This document shows positions 11,701 to 24,266 of a stretch of 64,000 bases of DNA, in pieces. The position numbers and the translations under genes were made by a program. The notes beneath the pieces are model-generated. The model was not told the DNA's origin and made no database searches. It saw nothing but the letters and a program-made list of their open reading frames with translations. Every line of letters begins with the position of its first letter. Positions within the stretch are counted from its first letter, which is position 1. The stretch lies in assembly GCF_001194135.2 (NCBI RefSeq), contig NC_068994.1, positions 40,449,625 to 40,513,624 on the forward strand, read 5' to 3'. Source of the stretch: Octopus bimaculoides. Lineage: Eukaryota.

Positions 11701-13146
11701 ATATTGTTTGTCAGTTATATTGTCCCAACATTTAAAAGGTACTTTCTTTTATCAATCTCTGTATTTGATTGGCACTTTATTTTATTGACCTCAGAGAGAT
11801 GAAAAGCATAGTTAATCTGGGCAGGATTTCAATTCAGTAGGCAAAAAGTCAGAAGGAAGGTGATAAGGCATTTTTCCAGTGTTTAAGCAACTCTACCAAT
11901 CCCCTGCTCTGGTTTAATCATGCAGTTCCACACTCATCTACAATCAAGAAGGTAAAAATCCTTCTTAATTGGAATTTGTAAGATTAAAAAGAAAAAGAAA
12001 ACCTGTAGGAATCAACAAAAGCCATCACACATATGCTAACATCGTATTAGAGATGTCATTATCTCAAGGATCAGATTCTTGCTAAAAATACAGAAAGGAA
12101 AGCTGAGATGAGACTTTAAATTGCCTGATTTAGTTTCAATGCTTCAGTGATGGAAAAGGTGTTGTTATGATATATGCTTATACAGCAAAACAGGAAAAAT
12201 ATCTAGGAATTTTATCAGTCATTAACAAGAGGTCATTCATATAAATTATTTATGAAGTGATAGAACAAGCTAGCAATAGAGCAAAACTTCTTAAAACATG
12301 ATCGATACAAAGTTGAATCAATTACCAAGAGAGGTTGTCAAATTGAAAGCAACCAACTAATTCATGAATAGGTAAAAAAAAAGAAAGAAAAAAAGAATCC
12401 AGAGAATCTTGTGGGAGTCTGCATCAGCAAAAATTGTTTTTATTGGTAAAGTATAAAGATTTTTAAGTTGGTAGGCCATTGAGAGAAAAGTTTCCTTACA
12501 TTTCCAACCGAGTTCTTCTTCGGAGAAAAAGAAAAAAGCTGTTCTTTTTGTGTATCCTTTGTTTAACAAAGTGTGTTAAAATGGACACAGACACACACAC
12601 ACACACAGACACACACATACAGACATACATGCACGCATGCACACACACACACACATGCATGCACGCACACACACACACACACACACAAGTTTTTTCCTTT
12701 CTCCAACTAATGACTCAGTCTGTAGCATCATGAAATTTTCTTCCTAACAACATACAAATTTGTTTTCTTCTTTAAAACTTTCTACTAATTCATAAACAGA
12801 CTTGGTGAATATTGACAGAAAAAAAGAAAAGAGCTTGTGGTTCCTTTCTAATGTACAGGAATAGTACATTACAAAAAAAATATTTATTATCAGGCTTCAC
12901 CTATTATTTGTCAAAACCTATAACAGATAAAGACTGACTCTGAAGTTAGTAAAATGAGAGCCCAAATATGTAAGGTTCATTTATCACAATAATTAAATAA
13001 CCGACTAAATAAAAGAATAAATAAATAAAAGTATCAATGATAAAAGTAGAGGAAGATAAAATAAGGTTCAAAGTGTAACCTCGGAGCTATTTTCAATGAG
13101 TCTAGTTTCTGTAGATTTCCCCAGAGTGATGAGATGACATATATAT

Positions 13147-13555
13147 NNNNNNNNNNNNNNNNNNNNNNNNNNNNNNNNNNNNNNNNNNNNNNNNNNNNNN
13201 NNNNNNNNNNNNNNNNNNNNNNNNNNNNNNNNNNNNNNNNNNNNNNNNNNNNNNNNNNNNNNNNNNNNNNNNNNNNNNNNNNNNNNNNNNNNNNNNNNNN
13301 NNNNNNNNNNNNNNNNNNNNNNNNNNNNNNNNNNNNNNNNNNNNNNNNNNNNNNNNNNNNNNNNNNNNNNNNNNNNNNNNNNNNNNNNNNNNNNNNNNNN
13401 NNNNNNNNNNNNNNNNNNNNNNNNNNNNNNNNNNNNNNNNNNNNNNNNNNNNNNNNNNNNNNNNNNNNNNNNNNNNNNNNNNNNNNNNNNNNNNNNNNNN
13501 NNNNNNNNNNNNNNNNNNNNNNNNNNNNNNNNNNNNNNNNNNNNNNNNNNNNNNN
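13147..13555. other. Assembly gap (others at 14475-14751, 22035-22288, 38744-38753, 51595-51893, 53262-53318, 57567-57576, 61931-61940)
   Basis: N runs, mostly flanked by (TA)n or (CA)n. Confidence 0.99.
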
Positions 13556-13601
<46 letters not shown>

Positions 13602-14337
13602 TGGTGACTCAGGCACTCAGGATGTTCAGGCTTAGCCCGAATATAAATTTAGTAAAGTGAACATGTGTTTGCAAGCTGATTTAATTTCTGCCAACACTGA
13701 CTTCAAGTATGTAATTTCAGCTAATAACTTGGGCTCCTTTTATTGAGCCTGATCGCAGTTCATTTACTTTCATTCACAGTCTGGTGGTCGTCTTAGAGGT
13801 CTCCTGTATCAAAAAATGTCATTCATGGCTGATGTTCTCTTGGCATCGTTCACACGCGCCTGACTTGAGCTCAAGAGTTACAGCCCGAGTTGTTCCCTAT
13901 AATCGTAAAAATTAAAAGTAATTCAAATTAAATGCTTTCTTGAAACAATAAATTTCTTTAGAGATTAGGATATAAATTGAAATCTATGAAAAGTTTCTGT
14001 TCTACAATATTTTTAAAAGAAAGTAAAATTATCCAGCAGCTCAGGGTAATATGAACGAGCCTGGTAAGTGTAAAAGAATAACTGGCATCTCTTGTCAAGA
14101 GTACAGGTGACAGTCAGATCACGGATGTTTGTTGTGCACTCCACTGTCATTACTTAATTGCTGTTATTCTGTGTGTCTGTGTGTAAAGATAAGTTGAGTT
14201 TGGCAGGGTTGCTTTATTTTTACCTTTAACTTAGAAATGGAGAAAAACATAGTGTGCTGGATATCAAAAGTAAGCCATTTGGGGCTAGGAATAAAGCAGA
14301 AAAACATGAAATTCTTTGATCAAGCATGTGTCTTATG

Positions 14338-14430
14338 CAAAATCTGTGATGAGCCCAAGTGACAAAAAGCAGGATGAGCCCAAGTGACGAAATCTGTGAT
14401 GAGCCCGAGTGACACTGATGACCTGGAGTC

Positions 14431-14438
<8 letters not shown>
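14338..14438. repeat. Short tandem repeat, ~24-25-bp unit (AAATCTGTGATGAGCCCAAGTGAC) x3 plus partial
   Basis: GATGAGCCC(A/G)AGTGAC occurs three times in register. Confidence 0.8.
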
Positions 14439-14474
<36 letters not shown>

Positions 14475-14764
14475 NNNNNNNNNNNNNNNNNNNNNNNNNN
14501 NNNNNNNNNNNNNNNNNNNNNNNNNNNNNNNNNNNNNNNNNNNNNNNNNNNNNNNNNNNNNNNNNNNNNNNNNNNNNNNNNNNNNNNNNNNNNNNNNNNN
14601 NNNNNNNNNNNNNNNNNNNNNNNNNNNNNNNNNNNNNNNNNNNNNNNNNNNNNNNNNNNNNNNNNNNNNNNNNNNNNNNNNNNNNNNNNNNNNNNNNNNN
14701 NNNNNNNNNNNNNNNNNNNNNNNNNNNNNNNNNNNNNNNNNNNNNNNNNNNATATATATATATA

Positions 14765-15193
14765 TATGGCAGTGTGGTAAGAAGCTTGCTTGCCAACCAC
14801 ATGTTTCCAGACTCAGTCCCACTGCATGGCACCTTGGGTAAGTGTCTTCTACTATAGTGTTGGGCCAACCAAAGCATTGTGAGTGGATTTGGTAGATGGA
14901 AACTGAAATAAGCCCGTCATATATGTGTATATATGTATGTATATGTATTTATGTGTGTGTCACTTTGTGTCTGTGCTTGTCTTCCTCTGCTCTCACTTGA
15001 CAACCAATGGTGGTAAGTTTATGTCCCTGTCACGTAGCAGTTCAGCAAAAGAGATTCATAGAATAAGTACTAGGCTTACAAATATTAAATCCTGGTGTCA
15101 ATTTCTTTCACTACAAAAACCCTTTAAAGTGATGCTCCAGCATGGCCACAGTCAAATGACTAAAACATGTAAAAGCAAAAGTAAAAGAATAAA
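14765..15193 (+). mobile_element. SINE group 1, near full length
   Basis: Head GTGTGGTAAGAAGCTTGC..CCAACCAC, internal TA/TG microsatellite, tail CTCCAGCATGGCCACAGTCAAATGACTAAAAC..GTAAAAG. Confidence 0.9.
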
Positions 15194-16727
15194 TATATAT
15201 ATATACATATAGTATTTAAGTAAATATTTGATGCTTGGACTATCTTGGATTTAGTCACCCTAGAGGCATAACAAGGACTTCAATTAGAGATGAGAGAAGT
15301 TTAACTCACGTACTTAATAGGTAGAAACATGGTAATGTATAACATCCCCATTAATACAGATGTATGACCTTAACGAAAGTCTCTGGAAATTGAAAAATAA
15401 AAAATTTATGTCAGTAGATTTAGTTTTCATTCCTCCCCTCCCTCAGTAAACATTTTATTTTACTTAATATCTTTGATATTCTTGAGATAAGGGGGCAAGT
15501 TTTACAGTTATATTCCCTCTCCACTTCTGTATATGTTTGAGGAAATTTGCCTGTTTAATAAATTAAAATATGGAAATAGTTAGCTAACACAAAATATTTA
15601 AAGTACAGAATAAAGCAAAAACAAAACAAAGATAATTATTCTGTGTAAGATGTCGAAACAAAACAAAATAGCACTAGAGCACAGCAATGGCGATATAATG
15701 AAAGTATGACTAGCGATTTTTAGCTGATAGAATGGTAAGATAACACTGATGTAGTGGTTGAGGGAAGCCATTATCGATAACAGAAAAGTCGGAAAAAGAT
15801 ATAGTGACTTGTAACAAATAAATAAATAAATAAATAAATAAATAAGCGAAAACAAAAACTGGAAGTTTCGAATAACAATGGAACATGAAGACTTGGGAGG
15901 TCTCTGGTGATAGAGAAAGGAGGAGCAGGTGTTTGAAAACAATAAAGTAATTAGAAACCCGTGTATATCGATTGAGGTTTAAGGTATGTCTACACAGTTG
16001 GCAAAAATATAATTCAAAGGGAATAATGGAAGCAATCGAAATGACAAAAAAAATACAAGCATATAAAGAACAAATAAAACATAAATAGCAGTCGTATAGT
16101 AACAACTATTTACTATATTGATGCAAAGAGGTTAAAAACAAAAGGAGGAGGAAAAGAAAAGAAAGAATCTAGACTAACACATCAAAATTAGCAACTCAAT
16201 TACTGTTCGCCTATGAAATACATTTTATTCGTCTTTGATATCAGCCATCTATTCAGTTCATTTGTTTACGGACTGCGAAATGCAGAAAAAAAATTATCAA
16301 CATATAAGAATGTTTACAGACAATTATGATCTCAGAAACTCTATTTATCATTATTGCTTCTCTTCTTTATCCTTTCTTTTTTTCATAACTTGCTTTGGCA
16401 GTGCAGTTACTAAAAGTTATAGTTTTTGTTTTTGTCATTCCAATAGTCATGTATGTATGTCGGTGAAAGACATTAGGTGCCAATTTATTCGGCCTCTTTA
16501 AAGGTGTTCAATATTCCAAAACAAAGTTTCTTGTATTTTGGTAATCTTTAAGTTTTTCCAACAAAACCTTTAAACAAGTACAAAGAGATATTTTTATGTA
16601 ACCAAAGGATTGAAAAATTGTTTCTTGAAACTAAATTAAGAATTCCTGAAAGACATAATTCTTAGAATTTATGACATTAATTCATGAACTTTTAAGGAAG
16701 AACTTGTAACTAAATTTATTTCTTTAA

Positions 16728-16932
16728 TCCTTTTGTTACTGTATTTATTTTGAGATGCTCTGTGTTTCTTTCAATTAATTCTAAATATAACAAAGAATTT
16801 TGTAAAATAACTTTGTTATCATTAAGCTAGTGTTAGGAATGTAAATTGTGACTAAGGTTTGGTGGAAGATTTTAATTCAGAACTTATGAAAACAAGACAG
16901 AGGCAGTTTCAGCCAGGTTGATATCGAAAGGG
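16728..16932 (-). mobile_element. piggyBac-type MITE, same family as 54140-54360
   Basis: TTAA-TCCTTTTG...GAAAGGG-TTAG; interior is the reverse complement of 54140-54360. Confidence 0.8.
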
Positions 16933-16981
16933 TTAGTCTAGAAACAAATTGTAGATGTAGCCAAATAAAAATTACATATAT

Positions 16982-17198
16982 CCCTTTAGCAGTTAATCCA
17001 ACCATATCCAGCACAAATATTCTACCTGTTTTATGTTAAAACTGACCAAATCCAATCTCTCACACCTACCCTACAATGTTATTCTCAAAATATACAAACA
17101 CACCATTGAAATCTTGAAGCTACAAAATGATGTGATTAATTCAAAACAGTGTGAATAAACAAGCATTACATTTGACAAAAAATCTGAATGCTAATGGG
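16982..17198. mobile_element. piggyBac-type MITE, second family
   Basis: CCCTTTAGCA...TGCTAATGGG imperfect TIR with degenerate TTAA-like flanks. Confidence 0.65.
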
Positions 17199-18669
17199 TT
17201 ATACTAAGCAAAGTCTGCAAAAAGAAGAATTTTACTGAATTCTAAATTTTACAAGTTGCCTTCTAGTATCACATACTTCCATGGAAAGAAACAGTTGCCA
17301 ACAATCAAATTCTATTTAACTCACATATTCATTTTAATATTTGGAGCATAAATGTAGTAAACATATCTATTTTTATCACAAATAGCCTTTAACATAAACA
17401 TACCACAAAGCACATGAATTTGAAGTAATGATTTCATAGCATCCACAAACACTTTAAAGATTGAACTTCTCCAGAACATTTTGGATCCTTGTTGAGTAAC
17501 AAGGGCTGTTTCTGCTTACATGCTTGTTGAGCTTGACTTTTCTAGTATGTCAATTTAGAAATCATTAATAGAACCTTAATTTGCAAAACCAAAGGAAAAC
17601 TTAAGTTAGGAAAGTGAAAACAGCATGTTATATCGAGATTCATTTTACATTTAAGCTTTCCTTTGCAATACTTATTCAAGCTACCATTCTAACTTGTCAT
17701 CCCATTTCATCTTGGCCCTCTCCCTTCTATTTATTTCAAAATCGTGGGTGAAAAAATCCCCCACACACAAACACACTCATCTTATCTCTCAATCACCCTT
17801 CCTTCCAACTAACTTTTTCCTTTGTCCTATTTTTATTAAAGGATGCCAGTGCATATATATACATATTGTCCTTAATCTGCTTCATTATTTTAGTATCACC
17901 ACTCCTACAATTGCAGATGTACTAAAATGCTTTAAACCTCAGTACAAGCCTTCACTTTCCATCTTTACTTTGTTGTCCTGACCATTGGCTGCCAATTAAC
18001 TCCCTTTCCACACTGGTTACAACCACTCTTGAATATTCTTCTCACTTATAACATTTATAATTACTTCTATTATAATTCTCATCATATCTAAGATGCTTTA
18101 TAAAAATATACTAGAGTTAAAAGCACACCTCTATTTTTCAGTTTTAGCTCGAGTTGCCAGGTCTGTTTGGTAAAGAATGTACTTAGCCACAAACCAAAAG
18201 TTTATGGGAAGAAAGGTGTTTTAGTTAGTGATTAGTTGTATATATTATGTACTGCTGACAGGTGATCTATTTCTTATGAAAGAGGTTTTGACCATATATT
18301 GATATCATAAAAGGCTAAATTTGATTACTTCTAATGGCATTAGTATCAGAGGAGGAAAAAACTCACAGACAGGCTAAATATAGTGTCGAGGGGAAAATAT
18401 CTGAGTTTAACAGAACACTAAATTGTAGTTATAACACATTATTCTCAGAGTGAGCATATTTGGTACACTGTGATTAAAGAATGAATATTTCTTTAGTGTT
18501 TCCTGTGTTTTGTATAAAATACCACACATTCTTCAAAGCGACTTGCTCAGAGCTATTTTGGAAATTTTAACTCTCTTCAGAGAAATGCATTGTTTTACTC
18601 ATGATAGCATCAGGAAGTTGTCTCAGTAGCATTATAAGCCCTTGAAAAAAAATTGTACTGGGTCCCATG

Positions 18670-18897
18670 GTACTTATTGAACTGGGAGATAAATTCTTAA
18701 GATTGAAAACACTGGAGATCCATCATCAAAGAAAGAGTAACAACTTTTATGACCAATAGGACTGCTGAGCAAGAAAAGAAGAGCAGGCATAGAAAAGACA
18801 GACCAAGAAGGGATCACCTGTCCCACTTGTGGAAAGAGCTTCCAAGCAAGAATTGGACTCATCAGTCACCTCAAGACCCATCAATAATAATAATAAT
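18670..18897 (+). mobile_element. RTE (BovB-like) LINE 3' end with C-terminal C2H2 finger relic and (AAT)n tail
   Basis: HWRSIIKERVTTFMTNRTAEQEKKSRHRKDRP, then frameshifted EGITCPTCGKSFQARIGLISHLKTHQ*, then AATAATAAT. Confidence 0.85.
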
Positions 18898-19060
18898 CCT
18901 TTTTATTAAAGGCACAAAGCCTGAAATTGTTGGGGAGGGGGCCCAATGTTTCATTGGTACTTATTTTATAGACCAAGAAAGGATGAAAAGCAAAGTCGAG
19001 CTCAGCAGAATTTGAACTCAGAACATAGGGATGAATGAAATGACACTAAACAGCATACAT
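18898..19060 (-). mobile_element. SINE group 2 fragment
   Basis: GAAAGGATGAAAAGCAAAGTCGAGCTCAGCAGAATTTGAACTCAGAAC matches 25660-25705. Confidence 0.8.
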
Positions 19061-19239
19061 AGATCAGAATTAGGCTCCTTAACCCATGGGGCCCTCAGAC
19101 AAATGCCCAGTGTGGTCATACATGAAGATAATATTGGCTACTATATCAACCAAGTAAAATTTTTTTCAAATGTTATGAAATGATGCTTGAAGACAATGAC
19201 AAGTAATTTCTTTATGCTTTCTTTTTTTGTTTTTAGTAG

Positions 19240-19275
19240 GTGCTAATTGTCAGTGGATTCTAGATCTGAATGCAG
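19240..19275 (+). other. Candidate 36-nt symmetric micro-exon (unverified)
   Basis: Long T-rich tract ending TTTTAGTAG, donor GCAG/GTAAAG, phase 1-1 open frame ANCQWILDLNA. Confidence 0.15.
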
Positions 19276-19344
19276 GTAAAGATGCTAAAGTTGCTCTAGA
19301 AACAGAATTCTTGATGTAAAAAAGAAAAAAAATTATAGCAAATT

Positions 19345-20173
19345 GAAGATTTTTAGACTCAATAAAATGCCATATACATCTTCTCCTTACTTATTGTTGT
19401 GGTGGACATTTTTTCAAAGTGGCCTGAAGTACATAAATGTAAAAAGCCAACATCTGAAGGTACAGTAAGTTTTTTAGATGAATTGTTCACCAGATATGGT
19501 ATTCCTGCTACCATTGTGTCTGATAATGGAACTCAGTTTACTTCTTACGAGTTAAAAAATTTTGTAAAGTATTCATTATCAAACATGTGACCACTTCACT
19601 GTACCCATACTAAGTCTAATGGACAAGTAGAGTGTTTTGTTGACACTTTTAAGAAGGCCTTAAGAAAGGCGAACAATGAAGTAATGGACAAGCTTGCATT
19701 TCAACAATTTCTAATAGTGTACCAAGTAACACCTAATACCCTATCCGGAATGTCACCTGCAGAATTGATGCTTACTAGAAAGATCAGATCTGTTTTTTAT
19801 AAGCTGATACCAAGTGAAACTAGGAAAAAAATTGAACAACAAATATACTTCGAAATTCTTGAAGTTAGGTGACAAAGATTTTTTTAAACCTATAGATATG
19901 GTAAAGAAAGTTAGGAGGATGGTGTAATTATTAAACAGATTGGAAGAATATTATTCCTGGTAAAAGGAAAAAATGTTGAATATAAAAGACATAAACCAAC
20001 TTAAAAAGAGATTCACAGATGTAACAGTCATGAGAGTTGAAATTTCTATGGAAGTATTGTATGATACATTTGAGGTACAAACACCCAAACAAATTGAAAC
20101 TACACATTCAAACACCAGAAAAAGGAAGAGAATGGAAACACCGGCATTAAATCTTAAGCATAAGAGATATTAA
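19345..20173 (+). pseudogene. Ty3/Gypsy LTR-retrotransposon integrase relic with frameshifts and stops
   Basis: VVDIFSKWPEV...DELFTRYGIPATIVSDNGTQFTS...SNGQVECFVDTFKKAL...FLIVYQVTPNTLSGMSPAELMLTRKIRS, rve core with D, D and E recognisable. Confidence 0.92.
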
Positions 20174-20229
20174 ACTCTGGCCAGAGTTTAATTCCCCAAA
20201 CAGGGAGAAGTTATGGGAGGCTAACTCTC

Positions 20230-20518
20230 AAAAGGGGAGATGTTGTGGAAGAATTCTGACCACCCCCATGTAACTAATTTCAATAAAACAAACAACTGTC
20301 GAGTTGACAGCAGCAGTTGATTGTGAACAATTGATTGTGAGCAATTGATTGTGAATAATTGATTGTAAGCAGTTAACTGTGAGTTGTTGATAGAGAGCAT
20401 TGAGTCTCATGTAACAGTAATTGTATTGTGTTGTGTGAATTCTTTCTTCCCCCACTTTTGTTAAATTATTCATTCAATACCAGGATATAAAACTTATTTC
20501 ATCCATCTAGCTTTCAAT

Positions 20519-20523
<5 letters not shown>
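20230..20523 (+). mobile_element. Polypurine tract (20230-20240) and 3' LTR (20241 to ~20523) of the Gypsy element
   Basis: AAAAGGGGAGA abuts TGTTGTGG directly downstream of the integrase stop; ends ...TATACA. Confidence 0.75.
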
Positions 20524-20554
<31 letters not shown>

Positions 20555-20608
20555 CCTTTTGTTGTTTACACCACCTGTCCTCGTCTGTTGTTTTTTTTGT
20601 AAATTCTC

Positions 20609-20687
<79 letters not shown>

Positions 20688-20693
20688 TGTATA

Positions 20694-21795
20694 TCATCAT
20701 CATCATCGTCATCAATATTTAACATCCCTTTACCCATGCTGGCAAAGTTTGGATGGTTCAAGATGAACAGAGAAGCCAGAGGGCTGTGCCAAGTTCTAAT
20801 GTCTGCTTTGGCATGGTTTCTGTAGCTGCATGCCCTTCCTAATGCCAAAGACTTCACACTGTACTGAGTATTTTTTTACATAGCACCAGCACTGGTGAGG
20901 TTACCAAGTACCTACAAGACCCCCATTAACTGAATAGCATACAGAACTGAGAGACAATAAAATAGAATACAAGAAGAGGAGCAGGTGTTTTGCTGAAGAG
21001 GTGAATACATGGCTAAATCATCATCTGCAAAAAGAGAGTGTGGAGAGATGTGGGATCCAGATATAAGGTGAATATGATGACTATGAGAGAATGAATAGCC
21101 TAGAGGAGGAGAAAAAGTGAACATGTAAGTAAGTGTGCTGAGTGAGAACAGTGTGGCAGACGATTAGAGATAGAGAATGAGCTGGACACAGAAAATATCA
21201 ATTCAGCAGAGGAGAGGTGAAGGAAGGAAATTGGGTGATACAGAAGATTGATAGAAGAATGGGTGTTAGATGAGATGAGGGGAAAGGCTTAACAAAATCT
21301 CAATTTTGCTGAGATGGAAGGGTCATCTCAAACATAGCATATTTCTATTCATCCAAGCCCTTTGTCATCTCCTCTGAGGGGTTCAATATCTAAAGATCAA
21401 CCTTCAACACTTTGTCCCACATCTTCTTGGTCTTTCTCTTCCACATATTCTTTCCATGTTTAGCAATCAGCATTTCTTTATATAGCTGTCCTCGTCCATC
21501 TGTATCACATGATCATACCAGTGCAATCCTGATGTTGCCCATTCACTGGAGTGTGCTAGTTTCATTTCTTTCTATACTTTGCATGTCTTTTGCATTCACA
21601 GCCCAAACTTCACAACCATATAGTGATCGTTGTTCAAACACAAGCATTATACAATCTGACTTGCACTTTGAGAGAGAGGCCTTTTGCTACCAACAGAGGT
21701 AAAAGTTCTCTGATGTACTCCAGCAAGTTTTTATACTTCCAGAACATCTGCCTCCACTGATAATTAGGTCAAAGATAACAGAAATTATCTATTAC
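20694..21795 (-). mobile_element. 5'-truncated RTE-clade LINE, degenerate ORF2 C-terminal region with 3' UTR and tail
   Basis: Minus relic IDNFCYL...IRELLPLLVAKGLSLKVQVRLYNACV...LYGCEVWAVNAKDMQSIERNE...RLHWYDHVIQMDEDSYIKKC...CGRERPR; UTR motif and (GAT)n at 20694. Confidence 0.9.
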
Positions 21796-21984
21796 ATCCG
21801 AGGAGCTTTATGGCTTTATAGAACGTCCATTTCCCCATGTGCTATTATTATTTATTACTCTTGCACATCTGTCGTAATCAAATTCTTCTTTTTTCACATT
21901 TCTGTGATTCCACTGCACATCTTATATAGACACACACACACACACACACATTGATAGATATACATGTATATACATACAAGTATG

Positions 21985-22034
<50 letters not shown>

Positions 22035-22288
22035 NNNNNNNNNNNNNNNNNNNNNNNNNNNNNNNNNNNNNNNNNNNNNNNNNNNNNNNNNNNNNNNNNN
22101 NNNNNNNNNNNNNNNNNNNNNNNNNNNNNNNNNNNNNNNNNNNNNNNNNNNNNNNNNNNNNNNNNNNNNNNNNNNNNNNNNNNNNNNNNNNNNNNNNNNN
22201 NNNNNNNNNNNNNNNNNNNNNNNNNNNNNNNNNNNNNNNNNNNNNNNNNNNNNNNNNNNNNNNNNNNNNNNNNNNNNNNNNNNNNNNN

Positions 22289-22379
<91 letters not shown>

Positions 22380-22387
22380 TGTATATA

Positions 22388-23042
22388 CAGGGTGTAATGG
22401 GTAAATTGTCGCCATATTATATTTTCAATTTCACGCATTGTTTGTTTTTGATTTTGTCAACTACACAGTATAGTAGGGTCAGTTGGGCACCATATGTGAG
22501 AAAAATAGCACAGTGACACAATTCACTTTGCTAGAAATTTGGAAACAACATGCTGTACTGCTTAGCATTCATGCTGGCAGTTCTAATATGAACAGATGGT
22601 GACTACACAGAACAACCGTTGGCTTGCTGTGTGTCCAAAACATGTGCTGAGAGTGATAAAAATCAAACATCCAGTCAACATCATAGTGTTTTCAGTGATC
22701 ACTAGTGATGACAACGTTATGCTTCCATTCATCTTCCCACACGGCCTCACACTCAACACAGAGGCTTACATCAAGTTCCTGGATGAGGTAGTGCTGACCT
22801 GGTTCAAAAAGGTGGCTGCTGGAAGACCTTATGTCTGGCAACAAGACTCTGCACCATGCCACACAAGCAGGAGAACCAAGTTATAGCTATCAGACAATTT
22901 CTGCAACCATATCACCCCTAACATCTGACCACTTAACTCCCCAGGCTGCAAACCACTTTATTATGTGTGGGGCACAGCTGAGCGAGAGACCAACAAAACT
23001 CCTTGTAACACCAAAGATGAACTGAAGGCAAGGATTATGGCA
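22388..23042 (+). mobile_element. Internally deleted maT (DD37D) transposon, 3' truncated
   Basis: TA-CAGGGTGTAATGGGTAAATTGTCGCC; QNNRWLAVCPKHVLRVIKIKHPVNIIVFSVITSD...YVWQQDSAPCH. Confidence 0.9.
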
Positions 23043-23059
23043 TATACACACACATATAT

Positions 23060-23195
23060 ACGCACATATATCTACAAAATCAACTCACAGAGCTTTGGTT
23101 GACATGAGGCTATAGTAGAAGACACTTGCCCAAGGTGCCACACAGTGGGACTGAAACTAGAAACACGTCGTTGGGAAACAAACTCCTAAACATTT
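23060..23195 (-). mobile_element. SINE group 1 head fragment
   Basis: GCTATAGTAGAAGACACTTGCCCAAGGTGCCACACAGTGGGACTGAA. Confidence 0.8.
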
Positions 23196-23589
23196 GCATT
23201 TTGATGCTTAATACCATTTTAAAAACATTTTGATCCAGTGATCAAAACATAATGATATTTGATTAAATTATCTCCCTAATTAATTTACATTTTGATCTTA
23301 GAATTAAATGTTTTGAAAATGGGAAGAGGTGGCAAGAGAAGTGCTTTCATCTTTATTCTTTGTTACCTTAATTGTATTTTATAACATTTTTGTTGCTACT
23401 GGAGGGAGAATGTAATGATAAAGTGTTGAAGCAAAATTATTTGACAAGGTGAAACACTGGACTTAATATAGAACTGATATTAGTTATTGACAAGTAGCAT
23501 TAACACATTGTGCATTTCAAGACTGAGTATTCAATAATTTTTACAACATTAATAATAACTCCAGAAACTTCAAGTGGTCTAAAGAAAAG

Positions 23590-23840
23590 TTAAAATTGAA
23601 ATAAAGAGACTGATCTGAGAAGACTAATGTTGGCTGACTTTTTGTATAAATAATGGAAACTGAAATAAATTGGTTTGTCATATGGAAAAGAAGAAAATTC
23701 GCTGTTTTGGCTCGGAGCCTTTGTCAAGGAGAAAGAGGCATACATTGAGGTCACTGACATGTCTTCTATACAATAGCCTGAAACAACAATTGTCACATGC
23801 TGTCCAATTCCACCTTGTCTGCTTTAACCCAATAATAATA
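23590..23840 (-). mobile_element. Degenerate Penelope-like terminal fragment with decayed hammerhead motif (23695-23730)
   Basis: Minus TTGACAA-A-GGCT-CCG-AGCC-AAAA-CAGC resembles CTGACGA-A-stem-GAAA-C. Confidence 0.4.
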
Positions 23841-23841
23841 A

Positions 23842-24266
23842 AGTGCAGGTATGGCTGTGTGGTTGAGAAGTTTGCTTTGCAACCACATGGTTTTGGGTTC
23901 AGTCCCCCAGTGTGTCACCTTTGGCAAATATCTCCTCCTATAGCTCATGGATTGACTAATGCTTTGTAAGTGAATCTTTTAGACAGAAACTGTGTGGAAG
24001 CTCATCCCCATTGTAAATACGTGTGTGTAAGTGTGTGTGTGCACATGTGCGCGTGTGTGTGTTTCTGTCTTTTCACACTGCTTGATAACCAGCATTGGAT
24101 TGTTTACACCCCTATAACTTAGTGGCTCAGTAAAAGAAACCATTGGAGTAAGTACCAGCCTTAAAAATATGTACTGGGGTTGATCTGTTCAACTAATACC
24201 CTTCAAAGCAGTGCCCTAGCATGACTGCAGTTCACTGACTGAAACAAGTAAAAGTTAAAAGATAAA
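23842..24266 (+). mobile_element. SINE group 1, full length, diverged
   Basis: GTGCAGGTATGGCTGTGTGGTTGAGAAG head, internal (TG)n, tail GACTGAAACAAGTAAAAG. Confidence 0.85.

Noticed and set aside
13068-14877. Longest ORFs in the track (also 21878-22516 and 51555-52002)
   Set aside because: They are open only because they cross N gaps and (TA)n runs
18545-18590. Minus-strand CUGAAGA...AAAAUAGCUC motif
   Set aside because: Stem II is poor and stem I is absent; too degenerate to call
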